Made by a program: the position numbers and the translations under genes
NCBI GenBank assembly: GCA_020723105.1
Contig: DYJL01000001.1
Span: forward strand, 198,273 to 262,272
DNA length: 64,000 bases
Direction of reading: 5' to 3'
Origin: Nitrospira japonica
GTDB taxonomy: Bacteria; Nitrospirota; Thermodesulfovibrionia; UBA6902
Shown here: one piece after another, positions 1 through 8,898 of the stretch
How positions within the stretch are numbered: the first letter of the stretch is position 1
How the letters are laid out: each line of letters opens with the position of its first letter
The notes under the pieces: model-generated
The model's database searches: none
What the model saw: only the letters and a program-made list of their open reading frames with translations
What the model was told of the DNA's origin: nothing

Positions 1-318
1 GTCGAAGCCATCTTTTATTGAAAAGATTTGGCGTCTAATAAGATAGCAAATAATACGTGAACTTCTCTTGAACTGGCTATTAAGTTATGAATGGTGACAA
101 GTTCACAGGATTGTTAAGTAGTTAGGGTTGGAAGGTGATTATTAAGGTGTTTGAGAGAATCTGAAAGAGAAAAATTAATAGTACCAATGAACAGCTCAAT
201 AGGACAATTATGGCTGAATGTCGGCTCCTGTATAAGATTCGGGCCTCAGTATAAAAGCCATGTATGAAGTTATGACTACTTTGCTATATAAATTGAAATG
301 CTGTTTGCAGAATAATAT

Positions 319-1050
319 ATGACTGAATCAGTATTTGGTGCAACTAGCGTAGGTATGAGAAGGGATAGCAATGAGGATGCTTTTCTTCTAATTCCAGACA
401 AACATATATACATCATCTCAGACGGTATGGGGGGCCATAATGCAGGAGATATTGCTAGTTTCAATGCCATAAAGACGTTGGAGAATTATTTTAATGACAA
501 AGACCTTAATTTAAGCCACCAAAGAATTAAGGAAGAAATGGTTGAATCAGTTATTAGGGCTAATCAGGAAGTTCTGAATCTGAGTATGACAAAAACTGAA
601 TATCGTGGTATGGGTTGCACTATTGTTTTATCTTTACTTCAAAAAAACATATTGCATACATGTCACATTGGTGATTCTCGTGTTTATGTAATTAATCGAT
701 TTGCTATAAAACAAATTACTAAAGACCACTCTGTCGTAACAGATTTGATCGAAACAGGGAAAATATCTAAGGAGGGAGCTCGTTATAGTCAATTTAAAAA
801 TCAACTAACTCAAGCGATCGGATCTCCTTATGCCATTGTGCCAGAATATAACAGACACGTATTGCATAAATATGATATTGTTCTGCTGTGTAGCGATGGG
901 CTTTGGGATATGCTATCAGATGATGAAATCCAGACTGTTGTTATAAGAGGGGGCAGTCCTGAAGAAATATGTCTACAACTAATTCGACAGGCAAATGAAG
1001 CTGGAGGAGAAGATAATATATCAGTAATTGTCTTAAAACAATTAGAATAG
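319..1050 (+). CDS. PP2C-family Ser/Thr protein phosphatase (Stp1/PrpC type)
   Basis: Motifs RDSNED, SDGMGGHNAG, HIGDSRVY, LCSDGLWD, GGEDNIS. Confidence 0.92.
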   Translation: MTESVFGATSVGMRRDSNEDAFLLIPDKHIYIISDGMGGHNAGDIASFNAIKTLENYFNDKDLNLSHQRIKEEMVESVIRANQEVLNLSMTKTEYRGMGCTIVLSLLQKNILHTCHIGDSRVYVINRFAIKQITKDHSVVTDLIETGKISKEGARYSQFKNQLTQAIGSPYAIVPEYNRHVLHKYDIVLLCSDGLWDMLSDDEIQTVVIRGGSPEEICLQLIRQANEAGGEDNISVIVLKQLE

Positions 1051-1176
1051 CTGGAAAATATCTTCACTCTATTTTGTCATATTTCTCATATCGATCGTAA
1101 TTAAGGTTAACCTTTTTGAAAAATATACTTCCCAACGCAGCTGTTTAATTTACAACAATCAAAAAAGTTGCAATAA

Positions 1177-1794
1177 TGTCCGTCAGATGATCTTTCACGT
1201 GTCATTGCCCTTGGGGTTCATGGTATTTCTCTGTACCGTCTCAATGTCTCACGCCGTAACCGCAGTTTCATAAACAGTTGCAATGAGTTCGCGCCGGATG
1301 CACTTAGTGACTATCTATCATTTCAGGCAGCGGAACAGCACATGATGCGATCCGGTTATAGTAAAAACCATTTTGCCCACTGTGCCCTTTCCAAAGATAA
1401 AAATCTGTATTACACTCACGCCAGAAGAGGGGAGGACCTGCTTGCCTTTGGTGCTTCTGCCGACTGAGTTTTTGGTGACTTTCAATACCGTCATCCTTTA
1501 TATGGAAAGTATATAAAAGGAACTGAATCGGTTTACCCCGTGATAGAAGGCGCGGTCATGAAGACGTCGCTTGAGCGCCAGCTGCATCCCGCGGTTGTAT
1601 CTCTTATGTGTGGTACGATCATTAAAGGTTTATTAAAAGGAGTTCACACGGAAAATACATTCAATAAATGGGTCGATTCTAAATTGATCAGAATATCTGC
1701 AAATACCGATGATTATATCCTGACAGCAAACGGCTCATTGTTTGTAAACGATATGATAAATGATTTGAAGGGGAATATAGGAAGTTATGAATGA
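1177..1794 (+). pseudogene. C-terminal remnant of a HemN/HutW-like radical SAM protein
   Basis: The frame upstream of ORF 1540 reads DDLSRVIALGVHGISLYRLN...GEDLLAFGASAD*VFG. In-frame TGA at 1465-1467, upstream TAA at 1174, and no CxxxCxxC motif. Confidence 0.6.
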
Positions 1795-2043
1795 CTTCGC
1801 CAAGTCTTTATTTGACAGCTTTTCTAATTTCACAAGATCGGCCGTAAGTTATTATCTGTGAATTTCATTATTTTCACTTTACTTATTTGTTTTGCATCGA
1901 GAGTCTAATTATATACCGTCCAATAATTAGACATTACCAGCCTCTTGCGTCTTTTTTCTCCTTATCGCATAACGTCATCTATATTTATAATTTGACTGAT
2001 TAATCAGCAGGTTATCGTCATTGTTTGATCAACCGTTTAGTGC

Positions 2044-2059
2044 TGGCATAACGGTTGCT
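2044..2059 (+). promoter_or_regulatory. sigma54 (-24/-12) promoter
   Basis: TGGCATAACGGTTGCT: GG at 2045 and GC at 2057 are 12 bp apart, upstream of ORF 2119 which has an AAAGGAGG RBS. Confidence 0.7.
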
Positions 2060-2118
2060 TTATATCTATTCATTAATCAATCATTTGAAAAACAATCTAT
2101 TGAAAGGAGGATGGAGAG

Positions 2119-2520
2119 ATGAAGAAGAAAATGCCGGTAATGATCGGAGTAATTAGTGTATTCAATATTGTGGTTGGTGCGATATTAGCGCTGAGTTCTT
2201 TCGGCCTGCAATCTGGATCTGATATCGCATTACTTTTTGGAACAGGTCTTTTTTCTTTTGTAATTGGGATCGGATTAGTCAGCTTAAGATCCTGGGCAAG
2301 GAAGGCAGCTATAGCAGGCTACATACTAAATTGTGTCGTTGGATTAGCAGAGGGAAATATAATTGCTATAGCTGTTGCCTCGATTATCCTGACATATCTC
2401 CTGAGCGAAAAAGTGAGAAGGGTATATTCGATGGATAAGGAACAGCAAACAACAACCGAAAAACAAAAAGATGCAAACGTAATCTTAGAAGCACCGGTTA
2501 CAACTCAAAGCATAAATTAA
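2119..2520 (+). CDS. Small multi-pass membrane protein, unknown function
   Basis: Strong RBS; about 4 hydrophobic segments. Confidence 0.75.
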   Translation: MKKKMPVMIGVISVFNIVVGAILALSSFGLQSGSDIALLFGTGLFSFVIGIGLVSLRSWARKAAIAGYILNCVVGLAEGNIIAIAVASIILTYLLSEKVRRVYSMDKEQQTTTEKQKDANVILEAPVTTQSIN

Positions 2521-2541
2521 AAAACAACAGGAGGAATCAAC

Positions 2542-2892
2542 ATGTTAGCAAATATCTTAATATGCACACTAGTTATGTGGGGTCTGTCAGCAATAGCCGT
2601 AACACCTTTAGCAAAAAGATGGTTTGAAAATGCGGTAGCTGCCAATCCGGCACTTGCAACAGCGGGTAATACAGGATCAATAAGTAATGACATGAATCCG
2701 GAGATGCAGAAGCTTTATAACATAATTTACATCAAAGCTGATGTGCTTGTGATGGGGGTTGCAGGATTTATTGCGGGACTGGCTGGTTTTCCGTTAATTG
2801 GATTTGCATGTAAGGCAAATGCATGGCCCGGCATGATAGCAATGATCGGATTGAGCTTTCTGAGTTTTCACCTGACCGGAGGTCCTCGTTAG
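2542..2892 (+). CDS. Small membrane protein, unknown function
   Basis: AGGAGG RBS; hydrophobic helices; operon-like spacing after 2119. Confidence 0.75.
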   Translation: MLANILICTLVMWGLSAIAVTPLAKRWFENAVAANPALATAGNTGSISNDMNPEMQKLYNIIYIKADVLVMGVAGFIAGLAGFPLIGFACKANAWPGMIAMIGLSFLSFHLTGGPR

Positions 2893-2926
2893 TTTATGAG
2901 TTCGATCAACCAATGTATTACGGCAG

Positions 2927-2960
2927 GGAGGGGAGTTTCCTATGGTTGGGAGACTCCTCC
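2927..2960 (+). terminator. Stem-loop after the two-gene membrane operon
   Basis: GGAGGGGAGTTTCCTA...TGGGAGACTCCTCC inverted repeat; no clear U tract. Confidence 0.4.
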
Positions 2961-3222
2961 GGGCTCTACATTGCAATGTTTCGTACATTTATTCTGTATG
3001 GATATAGTTTTTGGAAGATTTAATTAACGACTCACGTGTTTCAGTAAAAAGTATTACTCAAAATAGTCGATCATGTAACTCAGAGGGCGGGAGCATGTCC
3101 AGTAATTTAAGCTCAAACTTAAATGGAGATTCAAAATAAATACACTAACATAATTTAACTTGAACCACTTTGTATATTAAGTGTATTATTCACATAGATC
3201 TATTTATAATCCGGGAGCCAAA

Positions 3223-3993
3223 ATGAGCAATATAAAATTCTATAGATTCAGTTACTTACATGGAAAGAAACCCCTACTGCATCATCAGCGTGATGGTGAA
3301 AGCTTTATTGAACTTATGCCTCTTTTAATTGGAAAAGGTTTTGAGTACGGTGGTTTGATTCCGAATCTTGCACTGGAAGAAGGGAATAAATTTGAACCAT
3401 TGGACACCTCTTTTTTTAGAAAGGGGGATCTGATTGTGATGACAACGCGTCCACCCCTCGATGATAAAGAAGAAGGGCCTCATCTTGTTATTCGCAGGGG
3501 GGGTACAGCGCTGGAGAATAAAATATTTCATGCACTTAGAGAGTATCTTTCCGTTTGTTCAAGAAGGCAGGTATCACTGCATACATCTTTTATAGATAAA
3601 TTTTTGGCAGGCTACGATGATAGGTCGTCAATTACTTTTACAGGACACGGCAAAATAACTCGATATTTCAATGTAGCGAGATATCAGGCGACTGTGGATG
3701 CTAAAAAAAGAGTTAAACAATGGCGGCAGAAAGATGGTCGCCGGACTGCAGTTTATCTTATCTACATTGGCGAGGCATGGAAAGGTGGCCCTGATCTTAT
3801 GGTGAGTTTCGGGATGACAGGTGCGTGTAACCTTATCTGGGCATATCTGATTCGGACGAGGTTTCCGCAGTTTCTGAACAGTTATAGAATCGTTGCTGCT
3901 GAAATTTTAATTGGGGATATTCCGAGTCTGCCTGCTGATCTATCTTTTGTTGAAGGCTGGGACGTTAAGATCCTGCTTGATTATAAGCTGTAA
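3223..3993 (+). CDS. Hypothetical protein
   Basis: Long ORF; GGGAG RBS favours ATG 3223; no motif recognised. Confidence 0.7.
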   Translation: MSNIKFYRFSYLHGKKPLLHHQRDGESFIELMPLLIGKGFEYGGLIPNLALEEGNKFEPLDTSFFRKGDLIVMTTRPPLDDKEEGPHLVIRRGGTALENKIFHALREYLSVCSRRQVSLHTSFIDKFLAGYDDRSSITFTGHGKITRYFNVARYQATVDAKKRVKQWRQKDGRRTAVYLIYIGEAWKGGPDLMVSFGMTGACNLIWAYLIRTRFPQFLNSYRIVAAEILIGDIPSLPADLSFVEGWDVKILLDYKL

Positions 3994-4285
3994 TTGTTTG
4001 GTTCTACCTTTCTGTATTATCTTTACAATATGCCGTCTCGTTCCTTTACATAGCTCAGATATGATCTACTGTGTTTAACACCTCATGTTAGTTTCATTTA
4101 TTGTTCATTTTAAAAAGAGACATTAATAATTTTCAGAAAAAAATAAATTATCTGAAAAAATCTTTTTTACTAAAAAAAACTTTCTCTCAATCTCCATTTC
4201 TGTTTTCACTTGGTACATAATTGTGCATCTAAACTTTCTTGCATTTTGATGGGTTGTCTCATTAATGCCTCACATTGGAGGTGCA

Positions 4286-5368
4286 ATGCAAACGAAAATG
4301 CTTTTTACAATCAATGAATTCACCGCACTGTCTTTGCGCTTAAACCTGATCTTGTCGGTCAAACCCATTGACTGGAAGGCTGTGCTATTGTGCATATTCA
4401 ACAAACAGTTAACGGCTGCTAATGAAGACAATCTGCTTGAGACATTATCTTACCTTAACGATGCATATGGAGAACAAAAACGCAAGGTTGGCACCCCTGC
4501 CATACTGCATCCTATTCGCTCGGCTGCAATCCTTGCCTGGGCGCATGATACGATCAACACATTGGATGTACTAACATCACTTCTGCATGACAAGGACGAG
4601 GATATACTGTCCAACAGCTACTCACCAGATAGGTGGACTAAACTTGAAGAAAGTTTCGGCAGGCTTGTTAATAAGATCGATAGTCGCGAGGAGAAATGGT
4701 TTCTCAATGAAAGAATCCATTTTTTAGCGAGAGAAAAAGAAGAAACATACAATGATTACCTTTCCCGTCTTTTCTGTCAGGCAAAAGAAACTCCTGAACT
4801 GATACGCGTAAAACTTGCTGACCGGTTGGACAACACACTTGACCTCCGATTGGATTTCTATGATCAAACTGAGGCCGTCAACTTCTATCATCTTATTTTC
4901 ACGATTCTTTTTGACGTTAAATACGCTGGTTTGAACATTCATGGGCAACATCCCTCTGCGCGTAAGATACGTGGTTCCAAGCGTCTTTATGAAATATTTA
5001 AAAACTACTGCCTGTTTTCTATCCTGTATTCAGGTGACATAGAGCTTGATGAGACTTCTCAGTGGCTGTTGCGTTCAATCGCAGATGCCAGTATCAGTGA
5101 GGCACAGAATGTTCTTCTTCATATCTTTGCCTATCATCTAAGAGAACCTGAAGATCAAAGAAGGGTGATCAGGAGTATCTTGGATTCTCACGGAGATGAA
5201 ATTATTGGAGATAACAGATTATTAGACAGATTAATAAAAAATACTTTTAACCTTGAAAACAAAAGTAACCGGAAGCAAAGCTTGGATGATCTATATGATG
5301 ATAAAGAGCGGATGGTAAAGACTGCCATAGCTTTCGTAGTGCTTTTTAACAACTACCTGTTTGAGTAA
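4286..5368 (+). CDS. RelA/SpoT-type HD-domain hydrolase (small alarmone hydrolase-like) with C-terminal helical extension
   Basis: YGEQKRKVGTPAILHP, LLHDKDED and VKLADRLDN match HD_4 motifs; no synthetase domain; GGAGG RBS before 4286. Confidence 0.7.
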   Translation: MQTKMLFTINEFTALSLRLNLILSVKPIDWKAVLLCIFNKQLTAANEDNLLETLSYLNDAYGEQKRKVGTPAILHPIRSAAILAWAHDTINTLDVLTSLLHDKDEDILSNSYSPDRWTKLEESFGRLVNKIDSREEKWFLNERIHFLAREKEETYNDYLSRLFCQAKETPELIRVKLADRLDNTLDLRLDFYDQTEAVNFYHLIFTILFDVKYAGLNIHGQHPSARKIRGSKRLYEIFKNYCLFSILYSGDIELDETSQWLLRSIADASISEAQNVLLHIFAYHLREPEDQRRVIRSILDSHGDEIIGDNRLLDRLIKNTFNLENKSNRKQSLDDLYDDKERMVKTAIAFVVLFNNYLFE

Positions 5369-5470
5369 TGTAGTTGTTCACATTTGTTCACTGGCTTAAT
5401 TATTTTATTATGAGAAATATATTAGCCTCTTTCGTATATATAGACGGCCGCTCCTGTTTTTAATATTGTT

Positions 5471-5486
5471 TGGCGGTGATATTGCA
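5471..5486 (+). promoter_or_regulatory. sigma54 (-24/-12) promoter of the AAA ATPase locus
   Basis: TGGCGGTGATATTGCA: GG at 5472 and GC at 5484 are 12 bp apart. Confidence 0.6.
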
Positions 5487-5553
5487 AAATGCTTTTATGT
5501 AACTGAGAGTGCGGAGCATGCCCAAAACAAATAACCTAATAAAGGAGACAATC

Positions 5554-6498
5554 ATGAAACTCGAAAATGTCGGTAGTTTTGAGAGGGTGGAGATGGGGGG
5601 GAAGACTGTTTTAATCCCTAATCCTACAGATATCCCTGAGTATAAATTCATTGGCAGGGAGCGGATCATCGAAAAGGCGCTTGCGGCCTGGACGTGTATT
5701 AACGGGACAACTCCCCTGAACTTCAGACTCTACGGGCCTCCGGGGATCGGGAAGAATGCGCTTGTGTATGAGCTTGCGCGTATTCTCAATAAAGACCTTT
5801 ACATCATCAACGGACATGAAGAGCTTGGGCCTGAGGATGTTGCGTGTTCTGCAACCATGACATCGAAGAACACGATAGAGTATGTGGCGTCACCATTGTT
5901 TGCGGCAATGCTTAGGGGGGGGATTTTCTTCTTCGATGAGATAGGTAAGACCCCTCAGTCAGCTCTCGATCCGCTTGCCTCTGTGCTTGATGACCGGAGG
6001 AGTATGACATCGGTGCTTGCGGGGATACATCTGAAGGCGCATCCTGATTTCCTCTGCTGTGCGGCATTGAATGAAGATGAAGAAAACGGCGTAGGCCTGC
6101 CGGGCTTTATTGATGAACGAACACGGCCTGCCATCTATGTCGGATATCCGTATGTTTCAGAAGTTGAAGAGATCCTGATGAGCAGGATGAAGGAGGTGCC
6201 GGATATCTGGGTGAGGGCGCTGCTCTCGGATTTTAAACATGTCAATCTGTCCACACGTAACGCTATCACCCTTCTGGGATACGCATACAGGCTTGCAAAA
6301 AAGGGAAACGGTAAATCAGCGCCCCTAAGCGAGAAGGAAATAAAAGAATACATTGCCAATGCGTACAAGCACATAAAAGCGGGAGATGAAGACCAGAAGA
6401 AAGAACATAACGCGAACCTTAAAAAAGGCTTAGAAACTTACACAGGAGATTTATATGCTAACCAGATCGTTAGTCAGAGTAAGGAAACAGTACATTGA
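5554..6498 (+). CDS. MoxR-type AAA+ ATPase (AAA_5 class)
   Basis: Walker A GPPGIGKN, Walker B IFFFDE, YVASPL..AM.RGG, LDDRR, AHPDF; AAGGAG RBS before ATG 5554. Confidence 0.88.
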   Translation: MKLENVGSFERVEMGGKTVLIPNPTDIPEYKFIGRERIIEKALAAWTCINGTTPLNFRLYGPPGIGKNALVYELARILNKDLYIINGHEELGPEDVACSATMTSKNTIEYVASPLFAAMLRGGIFFFDEIGKTPQSALDPLASVLDDRRSMTSVLAGIHLKAHPDFLCCAALNEDEENGVGLPGFIDERTRPAIYVGYPYVSEVEEILMSRMKEVPDIWVRALLSDFKHVNLSTRNAITLLGYAYRLAKKGNGKSAPLSEKEIKEYIANAYKHIKAGDEDQKKEHNANLKKGLETYTGDLYANQIVSQSKETVH

Positions 6499-6665
6499 GA
6501 AAAGATTGAAAGTTCATAAGATTAAGAAAAGAGAACTCAGTAGACAGTAGTCAGAAGAAAGAAAGCAGGAAGTAGGCAGAAGAACGAAGTCCATTCTGAA
6601 TTCTGGATTCTTCTGTTTTAACTTTCGAACTTACGAGCTTATGATCTTTCACTCTTTATTGCTTT
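6499..6665 (+). repeat. Long imperfect hairpin of degenerate 8-mer and 7-mer tandem repeats
   Basis: Purine-rich arm (aaagattgaaagttcataagattaag...agtagacagtagtcagaa) followed by a complementary pyrimidine-rich arm (ttctgaattctggattct...aactttcgaacttacgagcttatgatctttc). Confidence 0.7.
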
Positions 6666-8762
6666 ATGAAAAAGAAACAGTACATCAAGCATAACAAGTT
6701 CGACAATTTGTATGTGATTCCTTACATACGGGGGAGGCTGGTGTTTGCAGAGATGGCGGCTCGTGCTATTGAAGAAGATAATTTTGAGCAGGTGGTGGCG
6801 GATTTACCGTTCTTCATGAATACGGGAGCACTCTGGGAAAAGGCTGTAAAGTTATTTCCTCAGGTAAGTTCACTGCTCATTAAGAGAAACGATGATACGT
6901 TTGCGGTCTTTCCCTTTGTCCCTAATGATGCTGCCTGCATGTCGCTTGCTGCTGTTAAGCTGCTGAAGGATTGGGGCAGGGATATTGAATTGCGGTGTAT
7001 AGATGATTCACATATCATTCACTATCCGCGCGAATCCCTTGTTCAGCCGGTTATCAGGATGCGGGATGATCAATTTGTTTTCACAGAGGGCCTCGATGAA
7101 TATTACAATGCCATGTATGCTCAGCTTGAGTCTTCACTGAGCGAAGTGACAGAGGACCAGCGCTTATTCAATGAATACAGGGCAATCCTTGTGAGTGAAC
7201 GGATCAAAGGATGTATGGCCGGAGGCAAAAAGACCCTTTTTGTATGTGAGTACAGGCTCTGGTGGCAAATACAGAAAACACTGAATGCGTCCCATCCAAA
7301 ACCCGTTCACTATTATGCCCAGAAATGGAAGGATGTACAGGCAGCACACGTCCTTAGTGATCCGATTGATCTCTGGAAGCGCGGGGCGATGGATGATTCA
7401 ACGACTATAGTGAAGCAGTTCTATGACAGATTTCAGTCCGCTTCTTTAAAGACATTTGACAAGCTTGATGAAATTGCCGCATTGATCAAAAATCACTTCA
7501 AGGTGGAGTCACAGAGAAGGCGGGGCTGTTCATCGATCAGAAAGACCATCTTATTTTACCAGTACCTGCAGAACCGGGTTGCAGCAGATCTACGCATTAC
7601 GCCTCTTGTTATCCGGCATCTTTATGACAGCGCCCATTCATGCATCGGGAGGCAGTATGCAAAAACGCTGGCTGTGAAATGTCTTGAGTATCCTTATTCA
7701 GGACAAGACAGTGTTCAGCGCTTTATTGTGATCGGGCAAAATTCAGTTACCATGGGTACAGAGGGTTTCGATATCCCCCATTCAGCGAAAAGACTTTTTC
7801 TCTATACAGGCACTGATCAGTATTCATATGATCATTTTCATGATGACCTGTCCTGGGCTGTAGACAGAAATACCATGCTCGACGATTTCTTCAATAACCT
7901 CAGCGACAGTGAAAAGAATGGTCTGTCAAATTACACCGGCTTCAAATGGGAGATCAGAAGGGACTTCAAGCTCATTGAGAGTGTATGCAGTGATGCTCGA
8001 GAGAGGATCATGCGGGAGCAGTATAAAGAAAAAAACATGAGGAGCTGGGGCTCAATGGGGGATGGGATAGAATGGAAGGCGACGATCGCGTCAAGGGCCA
8101 GCGGAGAGGATTCGGTATACATAAGAAAGAGAAGCATGAACAGAAATAACGGCAAAAAACTTAATGAGTTCACACCAGTGATATTTATATTTACGGATGA
8201 CATGAAAGGACATGTAGTGAAGCATCTGGAAGAAGGTAATGAGGCTTATCATTACTATGCTTCGGAAGAAAAGGATTTTATTGATTTCAGAAAGATGAAG
8301 GTTGATTGTGTCCATTATGCGCTTATGACCTATCCGGAAGAGAAAGTTGTCTATCCGAAGCATATCTTCAGGTGTGATCTGTCATCCCTTGCGCTCATGT
8401 ATACGAGAGGGTTGTTAAAGGAGCAGAGGTTCAAACAGCTCATAAAAAGACCTGAGAGATATTTGTGCCGTACATTTCCGCAGCTCGACACAGAGATCAA
8501 GAACTTTCCATTATCTGAGATCGGCGTTGCGTGGGGCTTGAAATACGCTGAAGAGTCTGTTCTGGTCATTGCGAAGGACGGATGGAGATCTTCAGAGGAG
8601 CTGGCAGAGTTTGCCGAAAATAAAAAAACGCGTATCATGCATCAGCCATTGTCGCGGTTCAGCCCTGACGTGATAGAGCGGCTCAGAAAATTATACCTAA
8701 TATCGACCGACCTGGAGTACCATCCCGGCCGCGACAGTATTGTGAAGAGGTTTGTGGATTAG
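6666..8762 (+). CDS. MoxR-associated ~700-aa protein, paralogue 1 (N-terminal TraB/ChaN/DUF5682-like fold inferred)
   Basis: Shares LYVIPYIRGRLVFAE, CIDDS, KTLFVCEYRLW, GIxWKxTI, TPxxFIFTDD and AWxxKYAE blocks with 8899 and 14487; directly follows the ATPase. Confidence 0.75.
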   Translation: MKKKQYIKHNKFDNLYVIPYIRGRLVFAEMAARAIEEDNFEQVVADLPFFMNTGALWEKAVKLFPQVSSLLIKRNDDTFAVFPFVPNDAACMSLAAVKLLKDWGRDIELRCIDDSHIIHYPRESLVQPVIRMRDDQFVFTEGLDEYYNAMYAQLESSLSEVTEDQRLFNEYRAILVSERIKGCMAGGKKTLFVCEYRLWWQIQKTLNASHPKPVHYYAQKWKDVQAAHVLSDPIDLWKRGAMDDSTTIVKQFYDRFQSASLKTFDKLDEIAALIKNHFKVESQRRRGCSSIRKTILFYQYLQNRVAADLRITPLVIRHLYDSAHSCIGRQYAKTLAVKCLEYPYSGQDSVQRFIVIGQNSVTMGTEGFDIPHSAKRLFLYTGTDQYSYDHFHDDLSWAVDRNTMLDDFFNNLSDSEKNGLSNYTGFKWEIRRDFKLIESVCSDARERIMREQYKEKNMRSWGSMGDGIEWKATIASRASGEDSVYIRKRSMNRNNGKKLNEFTPVIFIFTDDMKGHVVKHLEEGNEAYHYYASEEKDFIDFRKMKVDCVHYALMTYPEEKVVYPKHIFRCDLSSLALMYTRGLLKEQRFKQLIKRPERYLCRTFPQLDTEIKNFPLSEIGVAWGLKYAEESVLVIAKDGWRSSEELAEFAENKKTRIMHQPLSRFSPDVIERLRKLYLISTDLEYHPGRDSIVKRFVD

Positions 8763-8898
8763 GCAATTTATAAAGTTCGTAAGGTTGAGAAAAGGAGATA
8801 GTAGGAAGAAGGTAGTAGGCAGAAGGCAGAAGAAGGATGGCCATTCTGGATTCTTCTGATAAGCTTTCAAGCTGTCAAGCTGGCCAGCTTTAACTGTT
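8763..8898 (+). repeat. 7/8-mer repeat hairpin spacer, homologous to 6499-6665 and 14341-14486
   Basis: aaagttcgtaaggttgag...agtaggcagaaggcagaag...ttctggattcttctg...agctttcaagctgtcaagctggccagctt. Confidence 0.7.

Noticed and set aside
1465-1467. In-frame TGA as selenocysteine or recoded Gly
   Set aside because: It falls at a probable Gly position in a 5'-truncated gene, and other genes in the window use TGA as a normal stop. Simple pseudogenisation is more likely.
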